Notes under the pieces: generated by a model
Databases searched by the model: none
Told to the model about the DNA's origin: nothing
The model's input: only the letters and a program-made list of their open reading frames with translations
Shown: piece after piece, positions 17,366 to 25,753 of the stretch
How positions within the stretch are numbered: the stretch's first letter is position 1
Layout: each line of letters opens with the position of its first letter
Assembly (NCBI RefSeq): GCF_012971725.1
Contig: NZ_CP048833.1
Span: 1,688,404 to 1,720,403 of the forward strand
Length of the DNA: 32,000 bases
Reading direction: 5' to 3'
Source of the DNA: Pseudomonas multiresinivorans
GTDB taxonomy: Bacteria > Pseudomonadota > Gammaproteobacteria > Pseudomonadales > Pseudomonadaceae
Position numbers and translations under genes: made by a program

Positions 17366-17782
17366 ATGAACATGTTTGCAACCACTGGCGGAGTCGTTGA
17401 ACTGTGGGTCATCCAGACCGACACCTTCACCTCCAAAACCTCCGGCGAAATCTACGCCAGCGTCCAGGCGATTTCCCCGATCCCGGACGGCGCTCGCGGC
17501 AATGCCCGTGGCTTCGAAATCACCCAGTACGACATCGAGCCGACCCTACTCGACGGCATCGTCTTCGAAGGCTCCCCGGTGCTGTGCAAGTTCGCCAGCG
17601 TGGTGCGCCCGACCAAGGACCGCTTCGGCAACACGAAGAACACCCAGGTCCTGACCGAACTGCTCGCCATCGGCAAAGACGTACACACCCCGGCACCGAG
17701 CCGCCAGCCGCAACCCCAGACACAAGCCCAGCGCCCAACTCAGCCCACCGCTGAGAAACCCTCCGACAGCAGCAAGTCCTGA
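17366..17782 (+). CDS. ssDNA-binding (helix-destabilising, gene 5-type) protein
   Basis: The start was set at MNMFATTGGVVELWV behind AAGGAG. It closely resembles my memory of Pf1 gene 5 protein, including the Pro/Gln-rich C-terminal tail. Confidence 0.9.
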   Translation: MNMFATTGGVVELWVIQTDTFTSKTSGEIYASVQAISPIPDGARGNARGFEITQYDIEPTLLDGIVFEGSPVLCKFASVVRPTKDRFGNTKNTQVLTELLAIGKDVHTPAPSRQPQPQTQAQRPTQPTAEKPSDSSKS

Positions 17783-17798
17783 CGGCGAGGGTAGGTAG

Positions 17799-18020
17799 AT
17801 GAAAGCGCCGCTCCGTTTCGCCTTCGGCTGGGTTCTGTACGTGGCAATTCTCTGCGCCGTATCGCCTGCCGTGCGTGCGGTGCGCGAATTCCTCGAACCC
17901 TACCCGCTGGATTCCGTGATCGCTGTGATCGCGGCTGCGTTCGCCTTCTTCGCCCTGTGGTGGTTCGTCCTGCGCTCTTTCTGGAGCTGGTGCGACCACC
18001 CACGCAAGGAGGCCCGCTGA
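17799..18020 (+). CDS. small hydrophobic phage protein (PA0721-position)
   Basis: Two TM segments are present and GC3 is high. It is tightly packed between the ssDNA-binding gene and the next gene. Confidence 0.6.
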   Translation: MKAPLRFAFGWVLYVAILCAVSPAVRAVREFLEPYPLDSVIAVIAAAFAFFALWWFVLRSFWSWCDHPRKEAR

Positions 18021-18021
18021 C

Positions 18022-18273
18022 ATGTCAGGCGTGGTTGCCGTTCAGGTCTGCACCAGCTGGGCGTCCACGGCGGACGGCCTCATGCAGTGCCAGCACATCG
18101 AATGGCAACAGGCCTACCTCATTCCGCCCGAGGCCGCTGGAGCAATTGAAATCCTGGTCAACGGCGGGTTCTCCCTGGAGGCCTTCAGCATCGGTGCTGC
18201 GGGCGTTCTCGGGGCATTCGTGACGGGGCTTTTAACTGGCTGGGTCGCGTCACTTCTTCGTAAAGCCAAGTAG
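18022..18273 (+). CDS. small phage protein with C-terminal TM segment (PA0722-position)
   Basis: It starts 1 nt after the upstream stop. GC3 is high. Confidence 0.6.
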   Translation: MSGVVAVQVCTSWASTADGLMQCQHIEWQQAYLIPPEAAGAIEILVNGGFSLEAFSIGAAGVLGAFVTGLLTGWVASLLRKAK

Positions 18274-18285
18274 AGAGGAAACACC

Positions 18286-18537
18286 ATGAACGCCATGAAA
18301 CAACAGATCGCCAAGTTCAACCCGATCCGCTCGTTCCGCAACCTGTGCATCGCCGGCACCGTCACCGCCGTGACTTCGGTTCCGGCCTTCGCCGCCAGTG
18401 TCATCGACACCACCGCCGTCGAACAGGCCATCACCGACGGCAAGGGCGACATGTCCAACATCGGCGGCTACATCGTCGGTGCCCTGGTCATCCTCGCTGT
18501 CGCCGGCCTGATCTACAGCATGTTGCGCAAAGCGTAA
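18286..18537 (+). CDS. coaB: major coat protein precursor
   Basis: MNAMKQQIAKFNP...GDMSNIGGYIVGALVILAVAGLIYSMLRKA is nearly identical in its mature C-terminal half to my memory of the Pf1 coat protein. Confidence 0.9.
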   Translation: MNAMKQQIAKFNPIRSFRNLCIAGTVTAVTSVPAFAASVIDTTAVEQAITDGKGDMSNIGGYIVGALVILAVAGLIYSMLRKA

Positions 18538-18615
18538 GTGCTCTGGTCGGTGTGGTTGGGGGCGTTCTTCGCCGGCGCCTTCATCACCGGGTACCGATGC
18601 GGCGAATTCTTCTAA
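18538..18615 (+). CDS. possible 25-codon hydrophobic micro-ORF (MLWSVWLGAFFAGAFITGYRCGEFF)
   Basis: A GTG directly abuts the coaB TAA. 23 of 25 codons end in G/C. It lies upstream of the terminator. No SD is present. Confidence 0.3.
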   Translation: MLWSVWLGAFFAGAFITGYRCGEFF

Positions 18616-18632
18616 CCGCCTGATGGAAGCGG

Positions 18633-18667
18633 AAAGCCCCTCGGTTGATTCCGCAGGGGCTTTTTTC
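18633..18667 (+). terminator. rho-independent terminator after the coat gene
   Basis: The stem gcccctcgg / ccgcaggggc is followed by TTTTTT (18661-18666). Confidence 0.7.
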
Positions 18668-18683
18668 TTGTCCGGAGTGGGGA

Positions 18684-19994
18684 ATGAACAGATTTCTAAG
18701 GGGGCTGCTGTGGTGTTTGCCAGCACTGCTGTTGCCGCAGCTGGCCCAAGCGGCGCTGTACGGATTCCAGTACGGCAACCAGATGTACAGCTCTGCCGGT
18801 GCCGTATGTGAGGCTTACCGGGCATTGAATCAAAAGAACTTCCCCGGTAGCCCGCTTGAAGTCATCGTCACGATGACCAACCCAGCGACGGTGAAGTGTC
18901 AGCTCAAGTTCACCAACTCTGGTTTCAGCGGCAGCACCACGTTTGTCCGAGTGGGAGACTCCTGCGGCACCGGTGCAGCCTGGAGCGCCACCAACGGCCA
19001 GTGTGAATGCCCGGCCGGTCAGCAACAGGACTCCTCGGGTAGCTGCGTGGTGCCGCCTACCTGCGAAGTTGGCATGCCGCTGCTGACCCGTGGCCCGGAC
19101 TCGCCGACCACCACCATTGCCGGTCGCGTCACCATTCTCAGCACGCCGCCTTCGACGGTGTGCAGCGGCAGTTGCCAGTACCAACTCAACTCCAGCAAGG
19201 CCACCTCCTGCTATCTCGTTCCTGGCTCTACTAGCCAAGGCTTCTGCAACTACTCGATGTCCAGCGACGGCCAGAACTGCGCCGTCGATAACGCCCTGCC
19301 GCCCTCGGTAGGCGACTCACCGAATCCCGCCCCGCCCGAAGGCGAGACCGACCCCAATACCCCGCCCTCCGATCCCAATGACCCTGGCTGTCCGGACGGC
19401 TATTCGTGGTCCGGCACCACCTGCGTCAAGACCCCAACCGACCCCGGCACCGATCCGGGCGAGGGTGGCGGAACGGACCCCGGCACAGGTGGCGGCAATG
19501 GCGGGGGAGACGGTGGCGGCACTGACCCAGGCACGGGCGGTGGCACCGATCCCGGTACCGGTGGCGGTGATGGATCCGGGTCAGGCAGCGGTAATGGAAA
19601 CGGCTCCGGTAGCGGAAACGGGGATGGCGATGGCGAAGGCCAATGCGACCCCGCCAAAGACCCGAACGGCTGCCAAGGCAATGGCCCCTCCAGCGAGCTG
19701 AGCGAGCCCAAAGCTGGCAACTGGGACGAGGCCAACAAGGAGTGGGAGCAGAAGGTTCAGGACGCCAAGAAAGACCTCAAGGACGCGGTGAAAGCCAACA
19801 TCGATCAGCTCAAGGGCTCCTTCGATCTTCAGCTGTCTACCGGCGGCGGCCAACTGCCCTGCGATTCCTTCACCGTCTGGGGCAAGTCCTACCGCCTGTG
19901 CGTCGCCGACTACTCCACCCAACTCTCCTACATGCGTTTGGCGCTGCTGCTGATGGCCGCGCTGATCGCTGCCTTCGTCATCTTGAAGGACTGA
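18684..19994 (+). CDS. coaA: minor coat / adsorption protein (g3p-like)
   Basis: The start was set at MNRFLRGLLWCLPALLLPQLAQA (signal peptide). It has Cys-rich N-domains, Gly-rich linkers and a C-terminal membrane anchor. Confidence 0.8.
   Translation: MNRFLRGLLWCLPALLLPQLAQAALYGFQYGNQMYSSAGAVCEAYRALNQKNFPGSPLEVIVTMTNPATVKCQLKFTNSGFSGSTTFVRVGDSCGTGAAWSATNGQCECPAGQQQDSSGSCVVPPTCEVGMPLLTRGPDSPTTTIAGRVTILSTPPSTVCSGSCQYQLNSSKATSCYLVPGSTSQGFCNYSMSSDGQNCAVDNALPPSVGDSPNPAPPEGETDPNTPPSDPNDPGCPDGYSWSGTTCVKTPTDPGTDPGEGGGTDPGTGGGNGGGDGGGTDPGTGGGTDPGTGGGDGSGSGSGNGNGSGSGNGDGDGEGQCDPAKDPNGCQGNGPSSELSEPKAGNWDEANKEWEQKVQDAKKDLKDAVKANIDQLKGSFDLQLSTGGGQLPCDSFTVWGKSYRLCVADYSTQLSYMRLALLLMAALIAAFVILKD
19431..19640 (+). 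repeat. low-complexity Gly/Asp/Pro/Thr/Ser-coding tandem repeats inside coaA
   Basis: Reiterated TDPGTGGG and GSGNG units are visible in the translation. Confidence 0.8.
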
Positions 19995-19999
19995 CTTAT

Positions 20000-20356
20000 A
20001 TGGAATGGCTCTCCGGCTTTCTCGACCAGATCATCGGCTTCTTTCAGTGGATCTGGGATTTCTTCGCGCAGGGCATCTACGACTTCGTCAAAGACGGCCT
20101 GGTCGTCGTAACCAAGGCGATCATCTACAGCACCCTGCAGACCTTCATCCTGCTGCTCGATGTCAGCTTCACAGTCGCCCGCGAGCTGATCGATGGCCTC
20201 GGTATTCCCGCCATGGTTCGAGGTATGTACGCGGCGCTACCGGCCCCCATTGCGGCCGGCCTCGCCTTCTTCGGCGTACCGCAGGCGCTCAACATCATCA
20301 TGACCGCCGCCGCCACCCGGTTCTGCATGCGCTTCGTGCCGATCATTGGGAGGTGA
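20000..20356 (+). CDS. g6p-like minor coat / membrane protein
   Basis: The start was set at MEWLSGFLDQIIGFF. It is hydrophobic and lies between the g3p-like and Zot genes, as in Pf phages. Confidence 0.7.
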   Translation: MEWLSGFLDQIIGFFQWIWDFFAQGIYDFVKDGLVVVTKAIIYSTLQTFILLLDVSFTVARELIDGLGIPAMVRGMYAALPAPIAAGLAFFGVPQALNIIMTAAATRFCMRFVPIIGR

Positions 20357-20359
20357 GTC

Positions 20360-21649
20360 ATGTCCATCAAGATTCACCACGGCCCCAATGGCTCGTACAA
20401 AACCTCCGGCGCGATCCAGGACGATGCCGTGCCCGCGCTCAAGGATGGCCGCGTCATCATCACCAACGTCCGTGGCTTCACCCTGGAGCGCGCCTACACC
20501 GTGTTTCCCGATCTGCCCAACACCGCACAGATCATCAACCTCGATCTCGAATCCCTGGCCGACCTCGACCAGATGCGCACGTGGTTTCAGTGGGCACCCC
20601 GCGGCGCGTTCCTGATCTTCGACGAAACCCAACTGCTGTTCCCCAAGTCCTGGCGGGAAAAGGATCTGGAGAAGTTCGACTACCCCGGCGGCCCCGAGGC
20701 GGCGCACGAAGCGGATCGGCCCATGGGCTGGCTGGATGCCTGGACCCGGCACCGCCACTTCAACTGGGACATCGTCCTCACCACCCCGAATATCAGCTAC
20801 ATCCGCGACGACATCCGCATGACCTGCGAGATGGCCTACAAGCATTCCAACCTCGCGGTGATCGGCATCCCCGGTCGGTACAAGGAGGCCCAGCATGACG
20901 CCCAGCTCAACCGACCACCCGCTGACGGCACCATCGTCGAATACAAGCGAATCAAAAAGCAGACCTTCCGGCTCTACCAGTCCACCGCCACCGGCAAGAC
21001 CCAGGACACCAAGGCCGGCAAGAGTCTGTTCCGGTCGCCTAAGTTGGTTCTTCTACTGGCACTGCTGGCCGGCACTATTGGCTTTGTCAGCTATATGGGA
21101 CCTCTCAAGGTCATCGGCGGTAAGCCTGCTGAAACCTCTTCCGCGCCTCATCTGGCACCTGATGAAACTCATCCTGCGACCTCTGCGCAAAGCCCTGCTG
21201 TGGCTGCTGCGGCGCGTCCTGCTGCGAGTAGCTTTGTTCCTCCTGGTCTTCTACCTGCTGGGCCAGCTGGTGCGCCTGTTGACCTGAGCGCCCATCCCTT
21301 CGCCGACCGCCGCATCAGCATCCTCGCCCACGCCTACCGACAGTCGAAGGGCGACATCTACATGTTCGCCCTGGATGACCCGGAAGGCCGGCATCTGGAA
21401 CTGACCAGTTGGCAATTGATGGGGTCGGGCTACCGGGTCATCCCCAAGGGCGAGTGCATGGCCGAGCTCGCCTTTGAGAAGTGGAAGCAGACCATCACCT
21501 GCACCGGCTCACCGCCCAGAACGATGGCCGGCGTGAATCCCTCAGCCCCCATCGTCACACCCGCCGGCCCACCACCGCCCAACACGCCAGCGTCGCTGAC
21601 GGTGGTGCCCGACTCCGAATACGCCTCACGCCCCTGGAGGAAGCAATGA
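20360..21649 (+). CDS. Zot-family assembly ATPase (g1p-like)
   Basis: The N-terminus has a P-loop-like [11 protein letters not shown] and a Walker B (FLIFDETQ). A central TM segment is present. Confidence 0.9.
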   Translation: MSIKIHHGPNGSYKTSGAIQDDAVPALKDGRVIITNVRGFTLERAYTVFPDLPNTAQIINLDLESLADLDQMRTWFQWAPRGAFLIFDETQLLFPKSWREKDLEKFDYPGGPEAAHEADRPMGWLDAWTRHRHFNWDIVLTTPNISYIRDDIRMTCEMAYKHSNLAVIGIPGRYKEAQHDAQLNRPPADGTIVEYKRIKKQTFRLYQSTATGKTQDTKAGKSLFRSPKLVLLLALLAGTIGFVSYMGPLKVIGGKPAETSSAPHLAPDETHPATSAQSPAVAAAARPAASSFVPPGLLPAGPAGAPVDLSAHPFADRRISILAHAYRQSKGDIYMFALDDPEGRHLELTSWQLMGSGYRVIPKGECMAELAFEKWKQTITCTGSPPRTMAGVNPSAPIVTPAGPPPPNTPASLTVVPDSEYASRPWRKQ

Positions 21650-21756
21650 CCCAGCACGGACTGATCAACGCCCTCGGGCTGCTCGCACTCGCCTATGCGC
21701 TCGGTTTCCTCACCGCCCTGCAGGTGCTGCAGCCGGTGTCGGCGTTTCCGTTTTGA
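21646..21756 (+). CDS. possible 36-aa hydrophobic protein
   Basis: Its ATG overlaps the Zot stop (ATGA). GC3 is about 85%. It has a single TM-like segment. Confidence 0.4.
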   Translation: MTQHGLINALGLLALAYALGFLTALQVLQPVSAFPF

Positions 21757-21888
21757 GTCGGCGAGCCGCGCCGCCGGCCGGGAGCGCCAGGCACGAGCGG
21801 TAGGCCGAAGGCGCGGCCGACGACCCTGTAACACGTCGGATAGCTAACGAGTAAGCACCTCAATAAACCTCATTGAAGGTACGAAAGA

Positions 21889-23181
21889 ATGAAAAAGGCA
21901 GTTCACCCCCTCCGCCTGATCCTCAAGGAGAACGGGGATTTTTATGAGTCGTCCGAAGGACGGATTTTCATGGACCCGAGCAACGGCAGATTTGCCGACC
22001 TGTCGGGTGTGCGCCTGCTGCGCTGTGGTGTCGATACCGTGCGGCAGCTGTACAACGGCATGATCCGCCCGGAAGTGATGGCGCTGTTCGATGAGCCCGA
22101 GGATCTCGTCAACTTCGCCGGCTACAAATGGGCCAAGGGCCGCATCGGTCGGGACTCGGGCTACCAGTACCGGCTACAGAACGCCGACCTTGGTCTGATC
22201 CTGTTGATCAAGAACCATAACGTGAAGCTCGAAAACATCGGCCCGCACCTCAAGATTGAGGTGTCTCCACACGCCCTGGATGGTGCCGATCCGAAGATCC
22301 TGCAGGGCGTAATGGATGACCTGGCCGCTGGAGTGCTCTCGGCTTGCGAAGTGAACCAGTGCGCCGTCCATATCGCCCTCGACGTGCAGGGCTGGACCCC
22401 ACCCGTGGACTTAGTGGACCGCATGCACTGCCGCTCCCGGCGTGTACGCCAGATCAGCGGCATCGACCGCATCGAATATGACGGCAACGCCTCGGTCTAC
22501 GGACGTGGTGAGACGTTCATGTTCGGCTCGGCCAACGGCCTGCAGATGTGCCTGTACAACAAAACGCTGCAGGCGAGAGCGACCGACAAACTCGACTATT
22601 GGGAATCGGTGTGGGCATCCCTGAACGGTGATCCCTTCGGCGATGGTGAACCCGCCTTCAACCCGCTGGAAACGGTGTGGCGTATCGAATTCCGCTTCCA
22701 CCACTCCATCGTCCAGCAGTTCTCCGAAGGCTCTACGATGACTTCTGGCGAGGTGATCGGCTGTCGCACCTATGAAGGCCTCTGCCCGCACCTGCAAGGC
22801 CTCTGGCAGTATGCCTGCGACAACTACAAGCTCATTTCCCGGGAAGGGATCTTCGACGCCTTCTGGTCGCTGATCAGCCTCGACACCAAGGTCCAGGTAG
22901 AAGCCGATCCGCTCATAGAACGCACCGAGTACCGCCGCTACTACAAGACCGCTCAGGGCTTCTCCGGCAAGAACTGCGAGATGTTCCTGGGTCAGTTCGC
23001 CAGCCTGATCGCACGGGAGCGCATCCCGCCAAAAAAAGCGCTTGAGGTCGGGAGAACGCTCCCCTTCTGGCATGTGATCGAAGACCACTACACCGCCAAG
23101 GGCTACAGCACTCGCGACCTCGAAAAGCACGTCATTGGGTTGATCAACGATCGCTACATCAGGCGGGGCTACGCGATATGA
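21889..23181 (+). CDS. replication initiation protein (g2p-like, rolling-circle)
   Basis: The product is 430 aa. Its position and N-terminus match my memory of the Pf4 PA0727-type initiator. Confidence 0.8.
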   Translation: MKKAVHPLRLILKENGDFYESSEGRIFMDPSNGRFADLSGVRLLRCGVDTVRQLYNGMIRPEVMALFDEPEDLVNFAGYKWAKGRIGRDSGYQYRLQNADLGLILLIKNHNVKLENIGPHLKIEVSPHALDGADPKILQGVMDDLAAGVLSACEVNQCAVHIALDVQGWTPPVDLVDRMHCRSRRVRQISGIDRIEYDGNASVYGRGETFMFGSANGLQMCLYNKTLQARATDKLDYWESVWASLNGDPFGDGEPAFNPLETVWRIEFRFHHSIVQQFSEGSTMTSGEVIGCRTYEGLCPHLQGLWQYACDNYKLISREGIFDAFWSLISLDTKVQVEADPLIERTEYRRYYKTAQGFSGKNCEMFLGQFASLIARERIPPKKALEVGRTLPFWHVIEDHYTAKGYSTRDLEKHVIGLINDRYIRRGYAI

Positions 23182-24170
23182 CCGCGCGCAAGGATGGGAA
23201 GACGTGGACGGCTGACTTTTACGATAACGGTCGCTCTGGTCGCAGGATCCGCAAGAAGGGCTTCGCCACCAAGTCCGCAGCCATTCGCTACGAACAGGAC
23301 TTCTTCGCCGTCCTGGGCGAGACGGGCCGCCCGCTGGATGATCGTCTCTCTGATCTGGTGAAGGTCTGGTATGACCTCCACGGCTGCACTCTGAAAGACG
23401 GCAAACAGCGTCTGGCTCGTTGCCAAGCATTGGCCGAACGCCTCGGCGATCCGCAGGCCTTCGAGTTCGATTCGCTCGCGTGGGCACGCTACCGGCAACG
23501 TCGCCTGACCGAGGTGAAGCCGGAGACGGTCAACCATGAGCAACGCTACCTGTCCGCCATCTTCTCCGAGCTGATCCGTCTCGGCTCATGGCACAAGGCA
23601 AACCCGCTGGCCAACGTCCGGCAGATCAAGACCGATCAGGTCGAATTGACCTTCCTCACTCTGGATCAGGTCGCCCAGCTCCTCGAGGAGTGCAAGGCCA
23701 GCACGAACAACCACACGTACCCGGTCGCTCTCCTGTGCCTCGCTACAGGTGCGCGCTGGGAAGAAGCCGAGAGCATCGCCCGTGGGGCCGTGCATGGGGG
23801 AAAGGTTCACTACCACCGGACCAAGAACCGTCAGAGCCGCTCAGTGCCGATCCCGGCCGAGCTGGAGCAACTGATGTTCAAGGTAGGCATGCCTGGAACC
23901 GGTCGCCTGTTCATGTCCTGCCGCGCCGCCTTCCGTTGCGCCTATGAGCGCTGTGGATTCCAGACGCCGGGGCAACTGACCCACATCCTCCGCCACACCT
24001 TCGCTAGCCATTACATGATGGGAGGAGGGGACATCCTCACGCTGCAGCGGATCTTGGGGCACTCGTCAATCACGATGACGATGCGGTATGCGCACTTGTC
24101 GCCGGACCATTTTGAATCAGCGATGCGCTTGTCCCCAATTGCGCAAGGTGGAATATGTTTGAATAACTAG
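23178..24170 (+). CDS. tyrosine recombinase / phage integrase
   Basis: Its ATG overlaps the upstream stop. It carries ATGARWEEA, HILRHTFASH, LGHSSITMTMRYAHL (catalytic Tyr). Confidence 0.9.
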   Translation: MTARKDGKTWTADFYDNGRSGRRIRKKGFATKSAAIRYEQDFFAVLGETGRPLDDRLSDLVKVWYDLHGCTLKDGKQRLARCQALAERLGDPQAFEFDSLAWARYRQRRLTEVKPETVNHEQRYLSAIFSELIRLGSWHKANPLANVRQIKTDQVELTFLTLDQVAQLLEECKASTNNHTYPVALLCLATGARWEEAESIARGAVHGGKVHYHRTKNRQSRSVPIPAELEQLMFKVGMPGTGRLFMSCRAAFRCAYERCGFQTPGQLTHILRHTFASHYMMGGGDILTLQRILGHSSITMTMRYAHLSPDHFESAMRLSPIAQGGICLNN

Positions 24171-24328
24171 TAGTTGGATGGTAATTAAATAATCTAGAGC
24201 TGCCTCGGTGCAGCTGTTGAGTTGGCTTTATTGAAATTTAAAATTCTGCAGGTCCCGGTTCTCAGGAGTGCTTTTAAGAAGTAGGGGAGACCATAATCAG
24301 CGGTTTATGGCTGCCTCTTCAAAGATAT

Positions 24329-24712
24329 CTACTGCTGGAGGTGATCGATGTCTATTTCTGCGTTTATAAATCCGGCAAATTGAGACATGGAGGGAGGGAT
24401 TGTAAGTGATGGAACTCTGTCTCCGTCAGAAACTATGATCGTTAGTTTCGCTCTACCAGTCATTGCTATATCTCTGATCTCATTTTTTGATTTGATCAGC
24501 GCTGGCTCTAAACTTTTCCAGTGATCAACAAGATCGCTTGATGAGGATCTCGATCGAATCGACCAAATGCTCTGTCGAGGTAGCCCGCGAGTAGGATTTC
24601 GCTCTCCTTGTTGAAGTGCGGTATCAGGAATTATTTCAATAATTCTTGAGATGTCTTTCGGAAGCACGGTAGTTCCCAAAAGCTGAAAGTCGATCTGAAG
24701 AGATCCATCCAT
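24329..24712 (-). CDS. DUF4279-like protein (immunity-like orphan)
   Basis: The two-lobed pattern recalled for DUF4279 is present (N-terminal F.LLG....P..I...I.I.P, C-terminal L.I.......P.L.I....S.FA....A.IDID). This region is low GC. Confidence 0.55.
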   Translation of the reverse strand: MDGSLQIDFQLLGTTVLPKDISRIIEIIPDTALQQGERNPTRGLPRQSIWSIRSRSSSSDLVDHWKSLEPALIKSKNEIRDIAMTGRAKLTIIVSDGDRVPSLTIPPSMSQFAGFINAEIDIDHLQQ

Positions 24713-24937
24713 CTATTCGCTTCCGAATCCGCCTACCCAATGGATTTGATTTGTAACGTAAGGGTCTATTACAAACCCTTGGGGGTTTTCCCTAAATCCC
24801 GGATCGTCTTTAATATTGGAAATGGCTTCCTCTGCCTTTTCCTGTGTGGAGAAGATGCCGATTATCTTAAATGTTTCCATGTCAGGATATTGCCAATGAG
24901 ATAGTAAATATGATCGCATAATTCTTTTCTCGGTCAT
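24713..24937 (-). CDS. 74-aa small protein resembling polymorphic-toxin immunity proteins
   Basis: Its TAG stop abuts the ATG of the next gene. It carries the pattern IGIFSTQEKAEEAISNIKDDPGFRENPQGFVIDPY. Confidence 0.5.
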   Translation of the reverse strand: MTEKRIMRSYLLSHWQYPDMETFKIIGIFSTQEKAEEAISNIKDDPGFRENPQGFVIDPYVTNQIHWVGGFGSE

Positions 24938-25018
24938 TTAAACGCCCTGTCACATGTGATCTATCACTTTGAGTTTGAGGAGCTGCGAACGTCGTCAGGC
25001 TTAGTTTATATGGGCTAG

Positions 25019-25044
25019 GCGGGTTAGCCGAAGGCGTAACCCGC
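25019..25044. other. REP-like palindrome
   Basis: gcgggtta / gccgaaggcg / taacccgc forms an 8-bp stem. It occurs once in this window. Confidence 0.5.
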
Positions 25045-25148
25045 GAGGCAAAGCGTCGGCCATTACAAACTTTTTTCGCCTTTCCGTCAGTAGTGTGGGG
25101 AGGAGGTAAATACCGTTCAGGGAGCGTTAATAACTCGCTCTGCAAGAG

Positions 25149-25742
25149 CTAATATCCGATGATATCTTTGTCATTAGTTTTTCCTTGAAAGTGGCGTGCC
25201 TTATCTGCATCTAGAGGGAAGCCGTGTATTCCTTTTTTATAGAACTCAGCCATGCTTTCTAATGCGCCTTCAAACTTGGATTCCGCTGATTTTTTTACAT
25301 ACTCAATACCGAGCTTTTCATCTTTCTCGATGCCATTCCTTCCATGGATAAGATCCAGGCCGTATATCCATTGAGCGTGCGGGTGGCCTTTTTCAGCTGC
25401 TTGTCTGAATAGTTGTGCCGCTTTTTCAAGATTTCGCGGAACTAGATCGCCAGAGTCGTAGTGTATCGCTAATTCATGCATGGCAGGTGCGTAGCCATAT
25501 TTTGCTGATTGTTGCAATTGCTCAATTCTTCGCTTTTCAAAGTGCTCAAGGCTTTCGCCCGGGACACCAAAAGTAGCTGCATAAAAAATTGCAGCCGCAT
25601 CTTTCTTGATGATAAGAGGGTTGAGTAATTCCCGTGCTCTATCGCAATCCCCCTGGTCTACTTTTTTAATGGCCTCTTTGATAACGGATGCTGCGACGCT
25701 GTCCATTTTGCTGAGAAAAATATCTTCACTTCTACGTGGCAT
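25149..25742 (-). CDS. Sel1-repeat (SLR) protein, putative immunity protein for the Rhs toxin
   Basis: It starts 11 nt after the rhs stop. Sel1 repeats are recognisable (AMHELAIHYDSGDLVPRNLEKAAQLFRQAAEKGHPHAQ). Confidence 0.75.
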   Translation of the reverse strand: MPRRSEDIFLSKMDSVAASVIKEAIKKVDQGDCDRARELLNPLIIKKDAAAIFYAATFGVPGESLEHFEKRRIEQLQQSAKYGYAPAMHELAIHYDSGDLVPRNLEKAAQLFRQAAEKGHPHAQWIYGLDLIHGRNGIEKDEKLGIEYVKKSAESKFEGALESMAEFYKKGIHGFPLDADKARHFQGKTNDKDIIGY

Positions 25743-25753
25743 TTCGCACCCAC

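Larger units (their letters stand above)
15638..24170 (+). mobile_element. Pf1/Pf4-like filamentous (inovirus) prophage core, repressor through integrase
   Basis: The gene order is that of Pf phages: repressor, excisionase, early genes, ssDNA-binding protein, small membrane proteins, major coat, minor coat, g6p-like, Zot ATPase, replication initiator, integrase. The coat and ssDNA-binding proteins closely match my memory of Pf1. Confidence 0.9.

Noticed and set aside
17376-23543. Overlapping and antisense ORFs within the prophage (for example 17520-18023 minus, 18250-18825 minus, 20005-20898 plus, 20237-20896 minus, 22411-23487 minus).
   Set aside because: The same GC-driven artefact applies. 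They overlap genes with strong Pf-family identity and have low-complexity Arg/Pro-rich translations.
24171-24328. A possible third att copy or tRNA fragment directly downstream of the integrase.
   Set aside because: I compared this stretch by eye with the 46-nt core and with 15386-15637 and found no shared repeat, only weak hairpins.
24882-25145. An 87-aa minus-strand ORF between the Sel1 gene and the small immunity-like genes.
   Set aside because: It overlaps the 74-aa gene, and its central part (RVTPSANPP) is simply the translation of the REP-like palindrome.
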